From assembly GCA_013572355.1 (NCBI GenBank), contig QBUV01000091.1, positions 950 through 64,949 of the forward strand: a stretch of DNA of 64,000 bases, written 5' to 3'. Within the stretch, counting starts at the first letter, position 1. Every line of letters starts with the position of its first letter. Under the pieces are notes generated by a model. It was given only the letters and a program-made list of their open reading frames with translations. It was not told where the DNA came from and searched no databases. This document shows positions 40,997 through 50,648 of the stretch, piece by piece. The stretch comes from Candidatus Methanogaster sp. GTDB lineage: Archaea > Halobacteriota > Methanosarcinia > Methanosarcinales > Methanogasteraceae. Made by a program: the position numbers and the translations under genes.

Positions 40997-41127
40997 GGGA
41001 CACTGTCTGAAAAATCAAGTGATTTATCACCGCGGTCTGCGAAGCAAAGCCGTTGGCAGTACGCGGAGGACGCAGAGTTTCGAGACTGCGTAAGTCCTCT
41101 GCGTGGCTCTGCGCCCTCTGCGGTAAA
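40997..41127. repeat. End motif plus periodic palindrome C (CGCAGAG / CTCTGCG units)
   Basis: GGGACACTGTCTGAAAAATCAAGTG; CGCGGAG-CGCAGAG, then 3x CTCTGCG ending GCGGTAAA. Confidence 0.75.
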
Positions 41128-41170
41128 TATGCCAAACCGCATCTGTTTATTTAAACCCCGAGCTCACTTA

Positions 41171-41198
41171 AACACCAGACTAACAACACCAGACTAAC
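41171..41198. repeat. Perfect 14-bp tandem duplication
   Basis: AACACCAGACTAAC x2. Confidence 0.9.
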
Positions 41199-41560
41199 TT
41201 GACAACCTCTGTGCCTGATTAATTTTTTATAGGGGGCGGGCGGATAGGGTTATACATAAGAGAGTTGAGCAGAGTTTCGGACACGATCCTTGCAAATCGA
41301 ACGTAACAACAGACTGGCGACCGTTTTCTTACTGGTTTACGAACACTTACGTACATTGGTATGCCGGGTATGCACGGCTGGCAGGAACGTGGAAAACGCG
41401 GGCTCAGACATCTCTTTGGCCAGGTGATCCGGATGAAAATGGAAATATTGCCGATCGGGACTTGCGCTTTAGTTCATGCGCTGATAAGGACGACTGCAAC
41501 ATGGTATGTGGACAACGACCGCGGAGCTGACTATGCGAGAGGATCGCGAGAGGTGGTATC

Positions 41561-42685
41561 ATGACTGGTAGCAGAATGACAGTATTAATGCTCATAGCTG
41601 CTGCGATGTTTGTGACGAACGCGGGTGCGATATCGGTTGCAGAGGATGTGACATTTATCGGAAGTTACGACACCGGAATTGCAAGTTACGTTGCTGTGTC
41701 AGGTAACTATGCGTACGTAATCGATGAGACTAATGGTCTTGTGATTGTGGATGTCAGCGACAAGGAGGCACCAGTGGTTGCAGGAAGTTACGACGCGGTA
41801 GAAGATGCATGTTCTGTTGCGATATCGGGTAACTATGCGTACGTAACTGATAAGTACGACGGTCTTGTGGTTCTGGATGTCAGCGACAAGGAGAAACCAG
41901 TACGCACAGGGAATTACGATGTCAGGGGATATGCACGTGCTGTTGTCGTGTCAGGAGATTATGCGTACGTAGCAGATCGTAGTAATGGTCTTGTGATTGT
42001 GGATATCAGCGACAAGGAGGAACCAGTGTGTGTAGGACGTTACAGAGTCGCAAGAGATACGTATGGTGTTGCTGTATCAGAGGACTATGCGTACGTAGTC
42101 GATTATAACAACGGGCTTGTGATTGTGAATGTCAGCAACAAGGAACAACCCGTGCTTGCAGGAAGTTATAACCTGGAAGGGTGGTCTGTGGGTGTTGCTG
42201 TGTCAGGTGACTATGCGTACGTAGCCAGCGGATCGGAGGGTCTTGCAATCGTGGATGTCAGCGACGCGGGCGCGCCAGAGCTTGCAGGAACTTACGACGC
42301 CACACCCCATGTGGAGACTGTCATCGTGTCGGGCGACTATGCGTATGTGACCGATACGGATAATGGTCTTGCAATCGTGGATGTCAGCGACGCTGAAGCA
42401 CCAGAGCTTGCAGGAAGTTATGACACCGACGGGGATGCTCATGCCGTTGCCGTGTCAGGCGACTATGCATACGTAGCTGATGGTGGTAAAGGTCTCGTTA
42501 TCCTGCAGGTAGGCGCCACTGCCACGCCTACCCGCGTCGCTGCGACCGTGTCACCAACGACGCAAACAGCGGAAACGACGCAAACTCCTGCGAAGAGTCC
42601 GAAAAGTGAAGGACCTGGATTCGGGGGCGTGTTCGCAGTCGCGGGTCTGCTTGCAATTGCATACCTGATGCGGCGGCAGGGATAA
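41561..42685 (+). CDS. LVIVD-repeat (7-blade beta-propeller) surface protein with PGF-CTERM
   Basis: Seven ~42-aa repeats GSYD...VSGDYAYV...GLVIVDVSD; signal peptide; GPGFGGVFAVAGLLAIAYLMRR. Confidence 0.92.
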   Translation: MTGSRMTVLMLIAAAMFVTNAGAISVAEDVTFIGSYDTGIASYVAVSGNYAYVIDETNGLVIVDVSDKEAPVVAGSYDAVEDACSVAISGNYAYVTDKYDGLVVLDVSDKEKPVRTGNYDVRGYARAVVVSGDYAYVADRSNGLVIVDISDKEEPVCVGRYRVARDTYGVAVSEDYAYVVDYNNGLVIVNVSNKEQPVLAGSYNLEGWSVGVAVSGDYAYVASGSEGLAIVDVSDAGAPELAGTYDATPHVETVIVSGDYAYVTDTDNGLAIVDVSDAEAPELAGSYDTDGDAHAVAVSGDYAYVADGGKGLVILQVGATATPTRVAATVSPTTQTAETTQTPAKSPKSEGPGFGGVFAVAGLLAIAYLMRRQG

Positions 42686-42776
42686 GAGTAGGGAATATGA
42701 CTGACAGGGGATGACCGCACCCCCCTCATTTTTCTGTCCAGACAGACAGGCGCACCCCCCAAATCCCTGGGCACGG

Positions 42777-43958
42777 TCACGAACACATCTCGATTAAGAG
42801 TTCCTCTCCGCTCATCGTGCCCCTTGCGATGAGCATGTCGCCTGCGCAGAGCACTGTTTTTGCGCCGGGGCTGTAAATCCATCGATCCCCCCGCTTGACT
42901 GCCATGATGTGCACACCGGTCTCGGTCTCGAGCTTGAGTTCGCCAAGCGACTTCCTGGCAACCTCAGAACCCGGTGCGATCTGTAGCTTGGTGACCACCT
43001 CGTCAGACTCGCGCACGGCAATCGCCATGATCGGATGCGGCTCGATCTCCCGAAGCACCACGTCTGCGATGTCGTAAGCCGCATCAGAGATCGCTTCTGA
43101 GGCATTGGCGAGATGCAGGAGCCCCCTGAGTTTATCCACGTCCTCGATATTTTTTGCCGATTCGAGCACCCAGTGCTGGAGTTCGTACTTCATGCCGTCC
43201 ATCTTATCCTCGATGTAGCGCACCTCCTCTGCGATCTCTTTATTATAAAAAAGCATTGCAGAATATGCAAGCCCGACCGCAAGTTCGGACATGTTCTTCA
43301 TCTCCACGATCAGGTCAACCGCGCGGTCGAGATCACCAAGTACGCGTTCCGGCTCGACTCTGGCTCGCGCGTAACGCTTGCGGGTTGCGCACTCCATGAA
43401 GAGCGGCACACCCTCATCATGCCCGCGTGCAAAGACGACATCGCCGGCCTTCACAAGCGTGCTATGATCAGGATCATATATCCAGTTTCTTTCCCGCCTG
43501 ATCGCAATCAGCCACATGCCGGTCTCGGTATCGAGTTCGATCTCCCCGAGTGTCCGTCCTGCCATCGGCGACTCCGGACTGACCGTTGCGCTTGCAATTG
43601 TCTCCTCTGCGCCACGCAGATCCGGTTTCAGTTCAACAGGTATCCCGAGATCGAGGAGTGTGATCTTTGCGATATCACCTGCTGCATTCGAGATGTTCTC
43701 GGCTGCTGCGCCAGCCTGCAGCACGCCTGCAAGGGCTTCTGCCTCCTCAATCCTTCGAGCGCTTAACATCGCTGATATCATCATGTAATAGCCAAGGGTA
43801 TCCATCTTCTCTTCGAGGCGGATAACCTCTGTTGCAATCTCCTTGTCGTCATAGATCACGGCAGAGTATGCAAGGTCCATCATCAACTCGGATGTGTCCT
43901 TCATATCGATCAACAGGTCTTTCATGCTTCTTGTGCAGTGTTTGAGTTCTTGTGTCAT
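42777..43958 (-). CDS. Tandem PhoU-like / TrkA-C domain protein
   Basis: Two repeats of MKDxSEL...LAYSA plus TrkA-C (ETG...IAIRR...W). Confidence 0.88.
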   Translation of the reverse strand: MTQELKHCTRSMKDLLIDMKDTSELMMDLAYSAVIYDDKEIATEVIRLEEKMDTLGYYMMISAMLSARRIEEAEALAGVLQAGAAAENISNAAGDIAKITLLDLGIPVELKPDLRGAEETIASATVSPESPMAGRTLGEIELDTETGMWLIAIRRERNWIYDPDHSTLVKAGDVVFARGHDEGVPLFMECATRKRYARARVEPERVLGDLDRAVDLIVEMKNMSELAVGLAYSAMLFYNKEIAEEVRYIEDKMDGMKYELQHWVLESAKNIEDVDKLRGLLHLANASEAISDAAYDIADVVLREIEPHPIMAIAVRESDEVVTKLQIAPGSEVARKSLGELKLETETGVHIMAVKRGDRWIYSPGAKTVLCAGDMLIARGTMSGEELLIEMCS

Positions 43959-44233
43959 GTTTCTTAGAATATCCTTCAGGTAGCAACTATGCGGACGGCT
44001 AATGGTTTCGTTGTTATGGGCATGTTGAAAACCTGCCACTCACCATTTCCATAATCAGATGCAGTCCCGGATATCGCAGCCCCGTGCGGTATATCCGTCT
44101 CTTCTCCGGTTGCGTCGTCCATGATGCTATTTCAGATTCCAGTACTGTACGGATACCTAATCTACTCATGCGGTATTAAATCCACCGAGGCCGATGGTGG
44201 CGCACAATCGTGGAGAAGGCGAGTCGGGACGGG

Positions 44234-44382
44234 GGCTTTTTATTATCTTCTGGAATGAGTTCAGAAAACCACAGAGAGCACAGAGGACACCGAGAAAAAA
44301 GCAACTCTCTGTGCACTTCCGCGCCCTCTGTGGTTAATCTTCTTTGCCATAACCCATTCCACCCAGAAGAAATTGAAAAGCC
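44234..44382. mobile_element. 149-bp MITE-like element containing periodic palindrome B
   Basis: Terminal IRs 17/20 matched; ACGGG direct repeat at 44229-44233 and 44383-44387; inner CACAGAG/CTCTGTG units. Confidence 0.75.
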
Positions 44383-44453
44383 ACGGGATAGGCGCCATAA
44401 CTCCTTATATCGTTGCCGCCCAATACCAAAGACAAAAGGGTAACGGGCGAATC

Positions 44454-46283
44454 ATGGATCCGATCCACATCTTTGCAGTCTTTGCGATAGTCCTTGCGGT
44501 GGGCATCATCGCACAGATGGTCAGCAGACTCACACGGATGCCGAGCATCGTATTCTTGCTTGCGGCAGGGATACTGCTCGGACCGGAATGCGCGGGATTG
44601 ATCGATCCGTGGCTGTATGGCGATGGCTTGAACTTGATCATCACATTTGCCGTGGTGATCATCGTATTCGACGGCGGCATCAACGTCGATCTCAGGCACA
44701 TCCGCAGGGTCTCAGGAAGCGTCCTTGCGCTGATCAGCATCGGCGTACTGATCACCATGATCGGCGGCGCTGTTGCAGCTCATGAACTGGCAGGGCTTGA
44801 CTGGGAGTTCGCGCTCCTCTTCGGCGCGCTGGTGGCGGCGACAGGTCCAACCGTCATTGTACCGTTGATGAAGGCGGTACGGGCGAACAATAGGGTGCGA
44901 AGCATTCTGGAGGTCGAGGGCATATTTAACGATGCAGTCAGTATAATTCTTGCTGCCCTTATTTTTGAATGGATCGTGACACCATACCCGCACCCGGGAT
45001 ACGGGATTGCCATGTTTCTCATGAGGATCGCGACCGGTGGGGCAGTCGGGCTGGCTGGCGGGCTATTGTGCGTGTTTGCACTACCCCGGATCCATGCCAT
45101 CACCAGTGAACTGTCGAACATTACCACCATCTCCACGGTCCTGATCACATACACGGTTGCAGAACTGATCTTAAACGAGACCGGAATCTTTGCGGTGGCG
45201 GTTGCCGCAATATGCGTAGGCGCGTCAGATATACCGAACAAAAAGGAGATTCAAGAATTCAAAAGCGATTTATCGATCATTCTGCTATCGATAATCTTTG
45301 TTCTTCTTGCTGCAATGCTAAGATTTGACAGCATCCGGTCCATCGGGCTAAATGGTGTACTTGTTGCTGCCGCCCTGATCTTTATCGTGAGGCCGGTTGC
45401 GGTCTTTGCATCGACAGCGTATTCGCAACTGCGGTGGAGGGAGCGGTTGTTCATATCCGCGATAGGACCTCGTGGAGTTGTGCCTGCATCGATGGCGACA
45501 TACTTCGCAATCGAACTTGCTGATACAGAAGCGGGCAATACCATCATGGGTCTTGTATTTATATGCATTATCATCACAGTAACATTGACTGGCATATCTG
45601 CAAGGCCCGTTGCAAGAGCACTTGGGGTGATACCAATGGAGATACTAATTGTCGGAGGCGGCGGTGTCGGATGCACGCTCGCACACCGCCTGATCCGGAG
45701 AGGCGAGAACGTGGTCGTGGTCGATATAGATCCCGAAAACTGCCGGCGCGTGGAGGAACTCGGGGTGCCTGCGGTAGAGGGGGATGCCGGGGACGTGGCA
45801 GTCCTTACGAAGGCAGGCATCAAAAACGCCAGATATCTTGTCGCGACCACCGATCAGGATGGCGTGAACCTGCTCGTCTGTCAAGTCGCAAAGAACAAGT
45901 TCAGGTTCGGGGAGAACAAACTCGTCGCGCGGGTCAATGACCCGAAGAACCTGTCCACATTCCGCGATCTCGGCATCAGGTCGATGAGCCCGATCACGTC
46001 GGCAGCCTCGATCCTGGATAATCTGATCACGCACCCGAGTCTCTTCTCGATGTACGAACTCGGCGAACGGGGCGATATCATCGAGATACCGGTAGCCAAT
46101 CAGGAGATGATCGGAATGCCGGTAAGGGATCTCCAGCTTCCTACTGACGTCCTGATCGTGCTGGTTCGGAGGGGCGATGCAACGTTGATCCCGCACGGCG
46201 ATCTGGTCATCGAAAGCGGCGATCGGGTCACGTTCATGGGCTCGAGGGATGCTGTTAGAAAGGCGGTCGATATGTTCTGGTAG
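44454..46283 (+). CDS. CPA1 (NhaP-type) cation:proton antiporter with TrkA-N and TrkA-C domains
   Basis: ATGP, EGIFND, GPRGVV; then IVGGGGVG Rossmann fold and RCK-C. Confidence 0.92.
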   Translation: MDPIHIFAVFAIVLAVGIIAQMVSRLTRMPSIVFLLAAGILLGPECAGLIDPWLYGDGLNLIITFAVVIIVFDGGINVDLRHIRRVSGSVLALISIGVLITMIGGAVAAHELAGLDWEFALLFGALVAATGPTVIVPLMKAVRANNRVRSILEVEGIFNDAVSIILAALIFEWIVTPYPHPGYGIAMFLMRIATGGAVGLAGGLLCVFALPRIHAITSELSNITTISTVLITYTVAELILNETGIFAVAVAAICVGASDIPNKKEIQEFKSDLSIILLSIIFVLLAAMLRFDSIRSIGLNGVLVAAALIFIVRPVAVFASTAYSQLRWRERLFISAIGPRGVVPASMATYFAIELADTEAGNTIMGLVFICIIITVTLTGISARPVARALGVIPMEILIVGGGGVGCTLAHRLIRRGENVVVVDIDPENCRRVEELGVPAVEGDAGDVAVLTKAGIKNARYLVATTDQDGVNLLVCQVAKNKFRFGENKLVARVNDPKNLSTFRDLGIRSMSPITSAASILDNLITHPSLFSMYELGERGDIIEIPVANQEMIGMPVRDLQLPTDVLIVLVRRGDATLIPHGDLVIESGDRVTFMGSRDAVRKAVDMFW

Positions 46284-46325
46284 GGGCGTAGTAGGGATGT
46301 GACGCGCCCGATCATCGATCCTGCG

Positions 46326-46847
46326 TCAGGTCATCTCAATAACCATTTTTCCTTTCCGCATCGGAACGATCTCGCGTCTTTCGCCCTCAAACGTCCTTGC
46401 AAGTTCGCGCCCTTCCTGTAAGTGGTCGAGAAGCAGTGCCAGCGCAGCCACCTCTGAATGGGGCTGGCTTCCTGCTGCAACATTCAGATCCGCGAGATCG
46501 TAGATGGCTGGAGGTACTTTTTCAGCGCCGACGATGATCATGAGATCGCGGTTTTGCATCTCAGATGCCACATCAGGCAGATTCAAGCCGTACATCGTGA
46601 GGTGCACAACCATGCCGCCCTGCCCCTTCCACTGCTTGATCGCCTCTCTCCAGTTGACACCGATCTCGACAAAGAAGTCCCCGCCCCATGCTCCAGTCAC
46701 GTCATCGATACTCTCCTTGATTTTGGGGTCATCTGCTGCAAGGAGCATCCCGGAAGCACCAAGCGCACGCGCTGTCAAGCCCACATGCGTGGTTATGCGC
46801 TTGTCCCGCACCGGGCGGTGTCCGATCCGCAGTACAACGAGTTTCAT
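46326..46847 (-). CDS. trm56: tRNA (cytidine(56)-2'-O)-methyltransferase
   Basis: GHRPVRDKRITTHVGLTARA, HLTMYG, GAEKVP, QPHSEVAALA. Confidence 0.96.
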   Translation of the reverse strand: MKLVVLRIGHRPVRDKRITTHVGLTARALGASGMLLAADDPKIKESIDDVTGAWGGDFFVEIGVNWREAIKQWKGQGGMVVHLTMYGLNLPDVASEMQNRDLMIIVGAEKVPPAIYDLADLNVAAGSQPHSEVAALALLLDHLQEGRELARTFEGERREIVPMRKGKMVIEMT

Positions 46848-46902
46848 GATTAATTATCTCCTTGTAGGTGGGAAAGGGTTTTGATGCGAAAATGTGAGAT
46901 CA

Positions 46903-46987
46903 CGCCGGGGTTGGGATTCGAACCCAAGTGTTCCAAGGGAACAACAGGTCTCGAGCCTGCCGCGTTAGTCCGCTCTGCCACCCCGGC
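46903..46987 (-). tRNA. tRNA-Ser(CGA)
   Basis: GCAGG-CT-CGA-GA-CCTGT anticodon arm; long variable arm; G73. Confidence 0.96.
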
Positions 46988-47116
46988 AACATACAGCATA
47001 TCGGTGCAGGGTGTTACATTACGCTGACGACCATATTTAATGTATATGGTTCAGGTGGGTGGGGTGTGGTCAATCGTTTACAAAAATCTCGAAAACCGGG
47101 GATTCGTTTCCCATTC

Positions 47117-48535
47117 TCACTCCACCACAAGCACCCTGATCAGGTTGGTGGTTCCGGCAACGAAGATCGGCACTCCGGTCGTTAGCACCACCCGGTCCCC
47201 CGCCTTCACGAAGCCAGCATCCATCGCGGATCGCACCGATGCATCCATCGCCTCATCAGTCGTCCCCACCACAGGGATTCTAAGCGGGGTAACGCCCCAT
47301 ACAAGCGCAAGTCTTCGGAATGTCGCCTCGTCCGGTGTTATCGCGATGATCGGAGTTTCCGGGCGGTACATCGAGACGACCGTTGCCGTGCTTCCCGAGT
47401 ACGTGGTGGTGATGATCGCTGCGGCATTCAGATCGCATGCAAGCTGGCAGACGGCGCGCCCGATGCTGCGTTTTATCGAGAGTCCGGTCGCATCGGCGTC
47501 TGCTTCCGTGCGTACTCGCCAGCCAGCAGACTCGGTCGTTCTTGCGATCCGGTCCATCATAACAAGGCTCTCGATCGGATAGTCCCCGATCGTAGTCTCC
47601 CCTGAGAGCATGATCGCATCAGTCCCGTCCAGTATGGCGTTTGCGACATCTGTCGCCTCGGCGCGGGTCGGGATCGCATCATGGATCATCGATTCAAGCA
47701 TCTGGGTGGCTGTGATAACAGGCTTGCCTGATGCATTGGACTCCTTGATGAGCCTCTTCTGTGTAATAGGTACCTCTTCGATCGGAATCTCTACTCCGAG
47801 GTCCCCTCTCGCCACCATGATCCCATCCGCCACCTTCAGTATCTCTGAAAAATTGTCAAGCCCCTTTTTTGTCTCGATTTTGGCAATGACCGGGATATCT
47901 GCCCCCTGCTCATGGATCATCTGCTTGACGCCGGAGATATCAGGCGCCCTTCTCACAAATGAAACCGCGATGTAATCGACATCGTGTCCTATTCCGAAGG
48001 AGAGATCAGTTTTGTCCTTTTCAGTGACGCTCGGTACTGAAAAATGCGCCTCCGGGACGCTTACCCCCCTCTTATCGGTGAGAACGCCTCCGACAATGAC
48101 CTTCGCATCGACACACTCCCCATCAGTACCCGCGACCACCATTCTGATCCTGCCGTCATCGATCAGGATCGTCTGACCCTCTGACACCTCTTTGGCAAAG
48201 AGTGGATACCTCACGCCGATATGACGCGCATCCCCGATTATATCGCTGGAATGGATGGTCAGATCATCTCCAGCGCGTAGAAGGACGCTTCCGCCCTGTA
48301 CCCGGGAAGTCCTGATCTTCGGACCCTGGATATCCAGCATGATGGCGACGGCACGGTTCTGCTCCTGCGAAAGTGCCCGTACTATATGTATCTGTCTCGC
48401 ATGCCACTCATGCGTGCCATGCGACATGTTGAGCCGGCAGACGTCCATGCCGTGTCCGATCAGCTGGCGCAGGGATTCCTCGGATTCAGTGGCTGGTCCG
48501 GTGGTGCAGACGATCTTTGTTCTTCTAAGTGCCAT
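47117..48535 (-). CDS. pyk: Pyruvate kinase
   Basis: RRTKIVCTTGP, RLNMSHG, AKIE, MVARGDLG, ATQMLESM, MLSGET. Confidence 0.97.
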   Translation of the reverse strand: MALRRTKIVCTTGPATESEESLRQLIGHGMDVCRLNMSHGTHEWHARQIHIVRALSQEQNRAVAIMLDIQGPKIRTSRVQGGSVLLRAGDDLTIHSSDIIGDARHIGVRYPLFAKEVSEGQTILIDDGRIRMVVAGTDGECVDAKVIVGGVLTDKRGVSVPEAHFSVPSVTEKDKTDLSFGIGHDVDYIAVSFVRRAPDISGVKQMIHEQGADIPVIAKIETKKGLDNFSEILKVADGIMVARGDLGVEIPIEEVPITQKRLIKESNASGKPVITATQMLESMIHDAIPTRAEATDVANAILDGTDAIMLSGETTIGDYPIESLVMMDRIARTTESAGWRVRTEADADATGLSIKRSIGRAVCQLACDLNAAAIITTTYSGSTATVVSMYRPETPIIAITPDEATFRRLALVWGVTPLRIPVVGTTDEAMDASVRSAMDAGFVKAGDRVVLTTGVPIFVAGTTNLIRVLVVE

Positions 48536-48666
48536 GGTTCTGTGCAAGTGTAATAGTCCGGATTCCAGTCGGTCAGGAATTTACGTATCATCCCCCAACT
48601 TGGACCCGGTTTACTCTTTTGAGGGGCGGCATATAAGGGTTTTGAGACTGCGGGTTTTGTATAATC

Positions 48667-48767
48667 GGGGCAATGTTTGAAAATCCGAGTGTTTTCCGCC
48701 GATTTACTCGATTCGCGGCATTCGTGACTGCGAGCACAAGCGAAGCAGCGCCGAAGGCATAAAACCC
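48667..48767 (+). repeat. Third copy of end motif with ATTCGYG units and a shared internal motif
   Basis: GGGGCAATGTTTGAAAATCCGAGTGTTTTCCGCCG; ATTCGCG-ATTCGTG; GCGAAGCAGCGCCGAAGGCA resembles GCGAAGCAAAGCCGTTGGCA at 41039. Confidence 0.6.
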
Positions 48768-48865
48768 AACCATGTCTGAGCCCCGGGGTCATTTAATACC
48801 CCTGGCAACTTGACCCCCGCGGCACCAAATACTTTATTTACATATAGCCGCCCAAAAGAACCATA

Positions 48866-49345
48866 ATGACTGACATCGAAGAAACGCCGGAAGAAACGGC
48901 AGAGATAAAACATCTTGTACGTATCGCAAACGCTGATCTGGATGGACACCGGTCGGTTCAGTACGCGCTCACCGGATTAAAGGGCGTTGGTAGGCGGACA
49001 TCAAGGATTCTCACAGACAGTGCCGGGATAGATCCGACATCGATCATAGGGTCACTGGGTGATGCTGAAATCGAAAAACTCAAGCAGGCAATCGCGAATT
49101 TTGAAAGTGCGGTTCCGACATGGATGCTGAATCGAAGGCGGGACTTCCTGACCGGCGAAGATAAACATATCATCGGTGTGAATCTTGGGTTATCTGTGGA
49201 CGAGGATATCAACATCATGAAGAAGACCCGCAGCTACCGCGGAATCCGGCATGAGCGGGGCTTAAGGGTTCGCGGACAGCGGACACGGTCGACAGGGAGA
49301 AGCGGTGCCACGGTTGGCGTCAGCAGGAAACGCATAGTGAAGTAG
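48866..49345 (+). CDS. rps13: 30S ribosomal protein uS13
   Basis: [14 protein letters not shown]...[11 protein letters not shown]. Confidence 0.97.
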   Translation: MTDIEETPEETAEIKHLVRIANADLDGHRSVQYALTGLKGVGRRTSRILTDSAGIDPTSIIGSLGDAEIEKLKQAIANFESAVPTWMLNRRRDFLTGEDKHIIGVNLGLSVDEDINIMKKTRSYRGIRHERGLRVRGQRTRSTGRSGATVGVSRKRIVK

Positions 49346-49353
49346 GTGAATTC

Positions 49354-49923
49354 ATGGGACATCCACGCAAATATCATAAAACATACAGCACGCCAAGACA
49401 TCCATGGCGGGCAGAGAAACTCGCATTCGAGAGTGAACTGGTCAAGACTTACGGGCTTCGGAACAAGCGGGAGGTCTGGACTGCTGAGAACATTCTTCGT
49501 AAGTACAGGCGCGCTGCACGCAGATTGCTCGCCGAATCCGCAGCAAAGGGAGAACTTGCCGGACATACGAAAAATGAGGCAGACCAAATCATCGCGCGGT
49601 TGCAGCGTTACGGGGTCCTGAAGACTGATGCGGATCTGGACGCTATATTGAGTCTTGAGATCGGGGATATCCTCGAACGGCGTCTCCAGACACAGGTGTA
49701 CCGGCAGGGGCTTGTGCACAGTATGCGTCAGGCGCGGCAGTTCATCACGCACGGACACGTTTCGATATCCGGGCGCAGAACGACGGTACCGAGTTACACC
49801 GTATCAAAGGAAGAAGAGATGCTGATCGACTATTACAAGAACTCTCCGATTTCGCATGAAATGCACCCTGAGCGCCCGACCAGAGTTAAGGAAGGGGATA
49901 GCATACTGAACAAGGAGGCATGA
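49354..49923 (+). CDS. rps4: 30S ribosomal protein uS4
   Basis: [26 protein letters not shown]. Confidence 0.97.
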   Translation: MGHPRKYHKTYSTPRHPWRAEKLAFESELVKTYGLRNKREVWTAENILRKYRRAARRLLAESAAKGELAGHTKNEADQIIARLQRYGVLKTDADLDAILSLEIGDILERRLQTQVYRQGLVHSMRQARQFITHGHVSISGRRTTVPSYTVSKEEEMLIDYYKNSPISHEMHPERPTRVKEGDSILNKEA

Positions 49924-49925
49924 AG

Positions 49926-50315
49926 ATGGCAGAACAGAAATGGGCTGTTGCGAACATACATTCATCGTTTAACAATACACTGATCACGGTCACCGACATG
50001 ACCGGGGCTGAGACTATCGCAAAGTCATCAGGCGGCATGGTCACCAAGGTGGCGCGGGACGAGGGCTCCCCGTACATCGCAATGCAGATCGTTGGTCAGA
50101 TAGTGGATCAATTGAAGGATAAAGGATTTACAGGCGTGCACATCAAGATCAGGGCGCCGGGCGGCAACAAGCAGCGAAGTCCCGGACCGGGCGCGCAGGC
50201 GGCTGTACGTGCTTTCGCGAGAGCCGGAATACGCATCGGAAAGATCGAGGATGTGACACCGCTGGCGCACGACGGCACCATGGCAAAGGGCGGACGGCGT
50301 GGCAGACGAATCTAA
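49926..50315 (+). CDS. rps11: 30S ribosomal protein uS11
   Basis: [30 protein letters not shown]. Confidence 0.97.
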   Translation: MAEQKWAVANIHSSFNNTLITVTDMTGAETIAKSSGGMVTKVARDEGSPYIAMQIVGQIVDQLKDKGFTGVHIKIRAPGGNKQRSPGPGAQAAVRAFARAGIRIGKIEDVTPLAHDGTMAKGGRRGRRI

Positions 50316-50318
50316 TAT

Positions 50319-50513
50319 TTAGCAGGGCTTGTCAGATCGGCAGCACTGCTTCGCGACCCACGATTCGAGTGCGCGGTTGAACTCATCGGCATCCACGTAA
50401 ATTTTGCCGCAAACCGGGCACTGCGATCCATTTACATCTCTACCGTATCGGTTGAGAGTCGTTGGCACAGTCAGCGCGCCGCATTCACATCGCAGGGTCT
50501 GTGGTTCAGGCAT
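50319..50513 (-). CDS. Small Zn-ribbon protein
   Basis: CECG...CPVCG motifs in 64 aa. Confidence 0.6.
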   Translation of the reverse strand: MPEPQTLRCECGALTVPTTLNRYGRDVNGSQCPVCGKIYVDADEFNRALESWVAKQCCRSDKPC

Positions 50514-50648
50514 GGTGATGATATGATGCCGGATACGGGATTAAACTTGCTGTTCATGCTCCGTATCCTGCCATCCCTGATCCGGAGACTGTGTTAGGCC
50601 TGTGCACAGGAGAAGATAAGACGTTTAACGATAGACGCTACCACCATC

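Noticed and set aside
43976..44122. Short minus-strand ORF MDDATGEETDIPHGAAISGTASDYG...
   Set aside because: 48 codons with no recognisable family, so it cannot be supported.
44210..44443. ORF with NHREHRGHRE, and the N-terminal extensions of OsmC (to 41135), L11 (to 33522) and the antiporter (from 44373)
   Set aside because: They result from translating through the palindromic repeats; better starts lie downstream.
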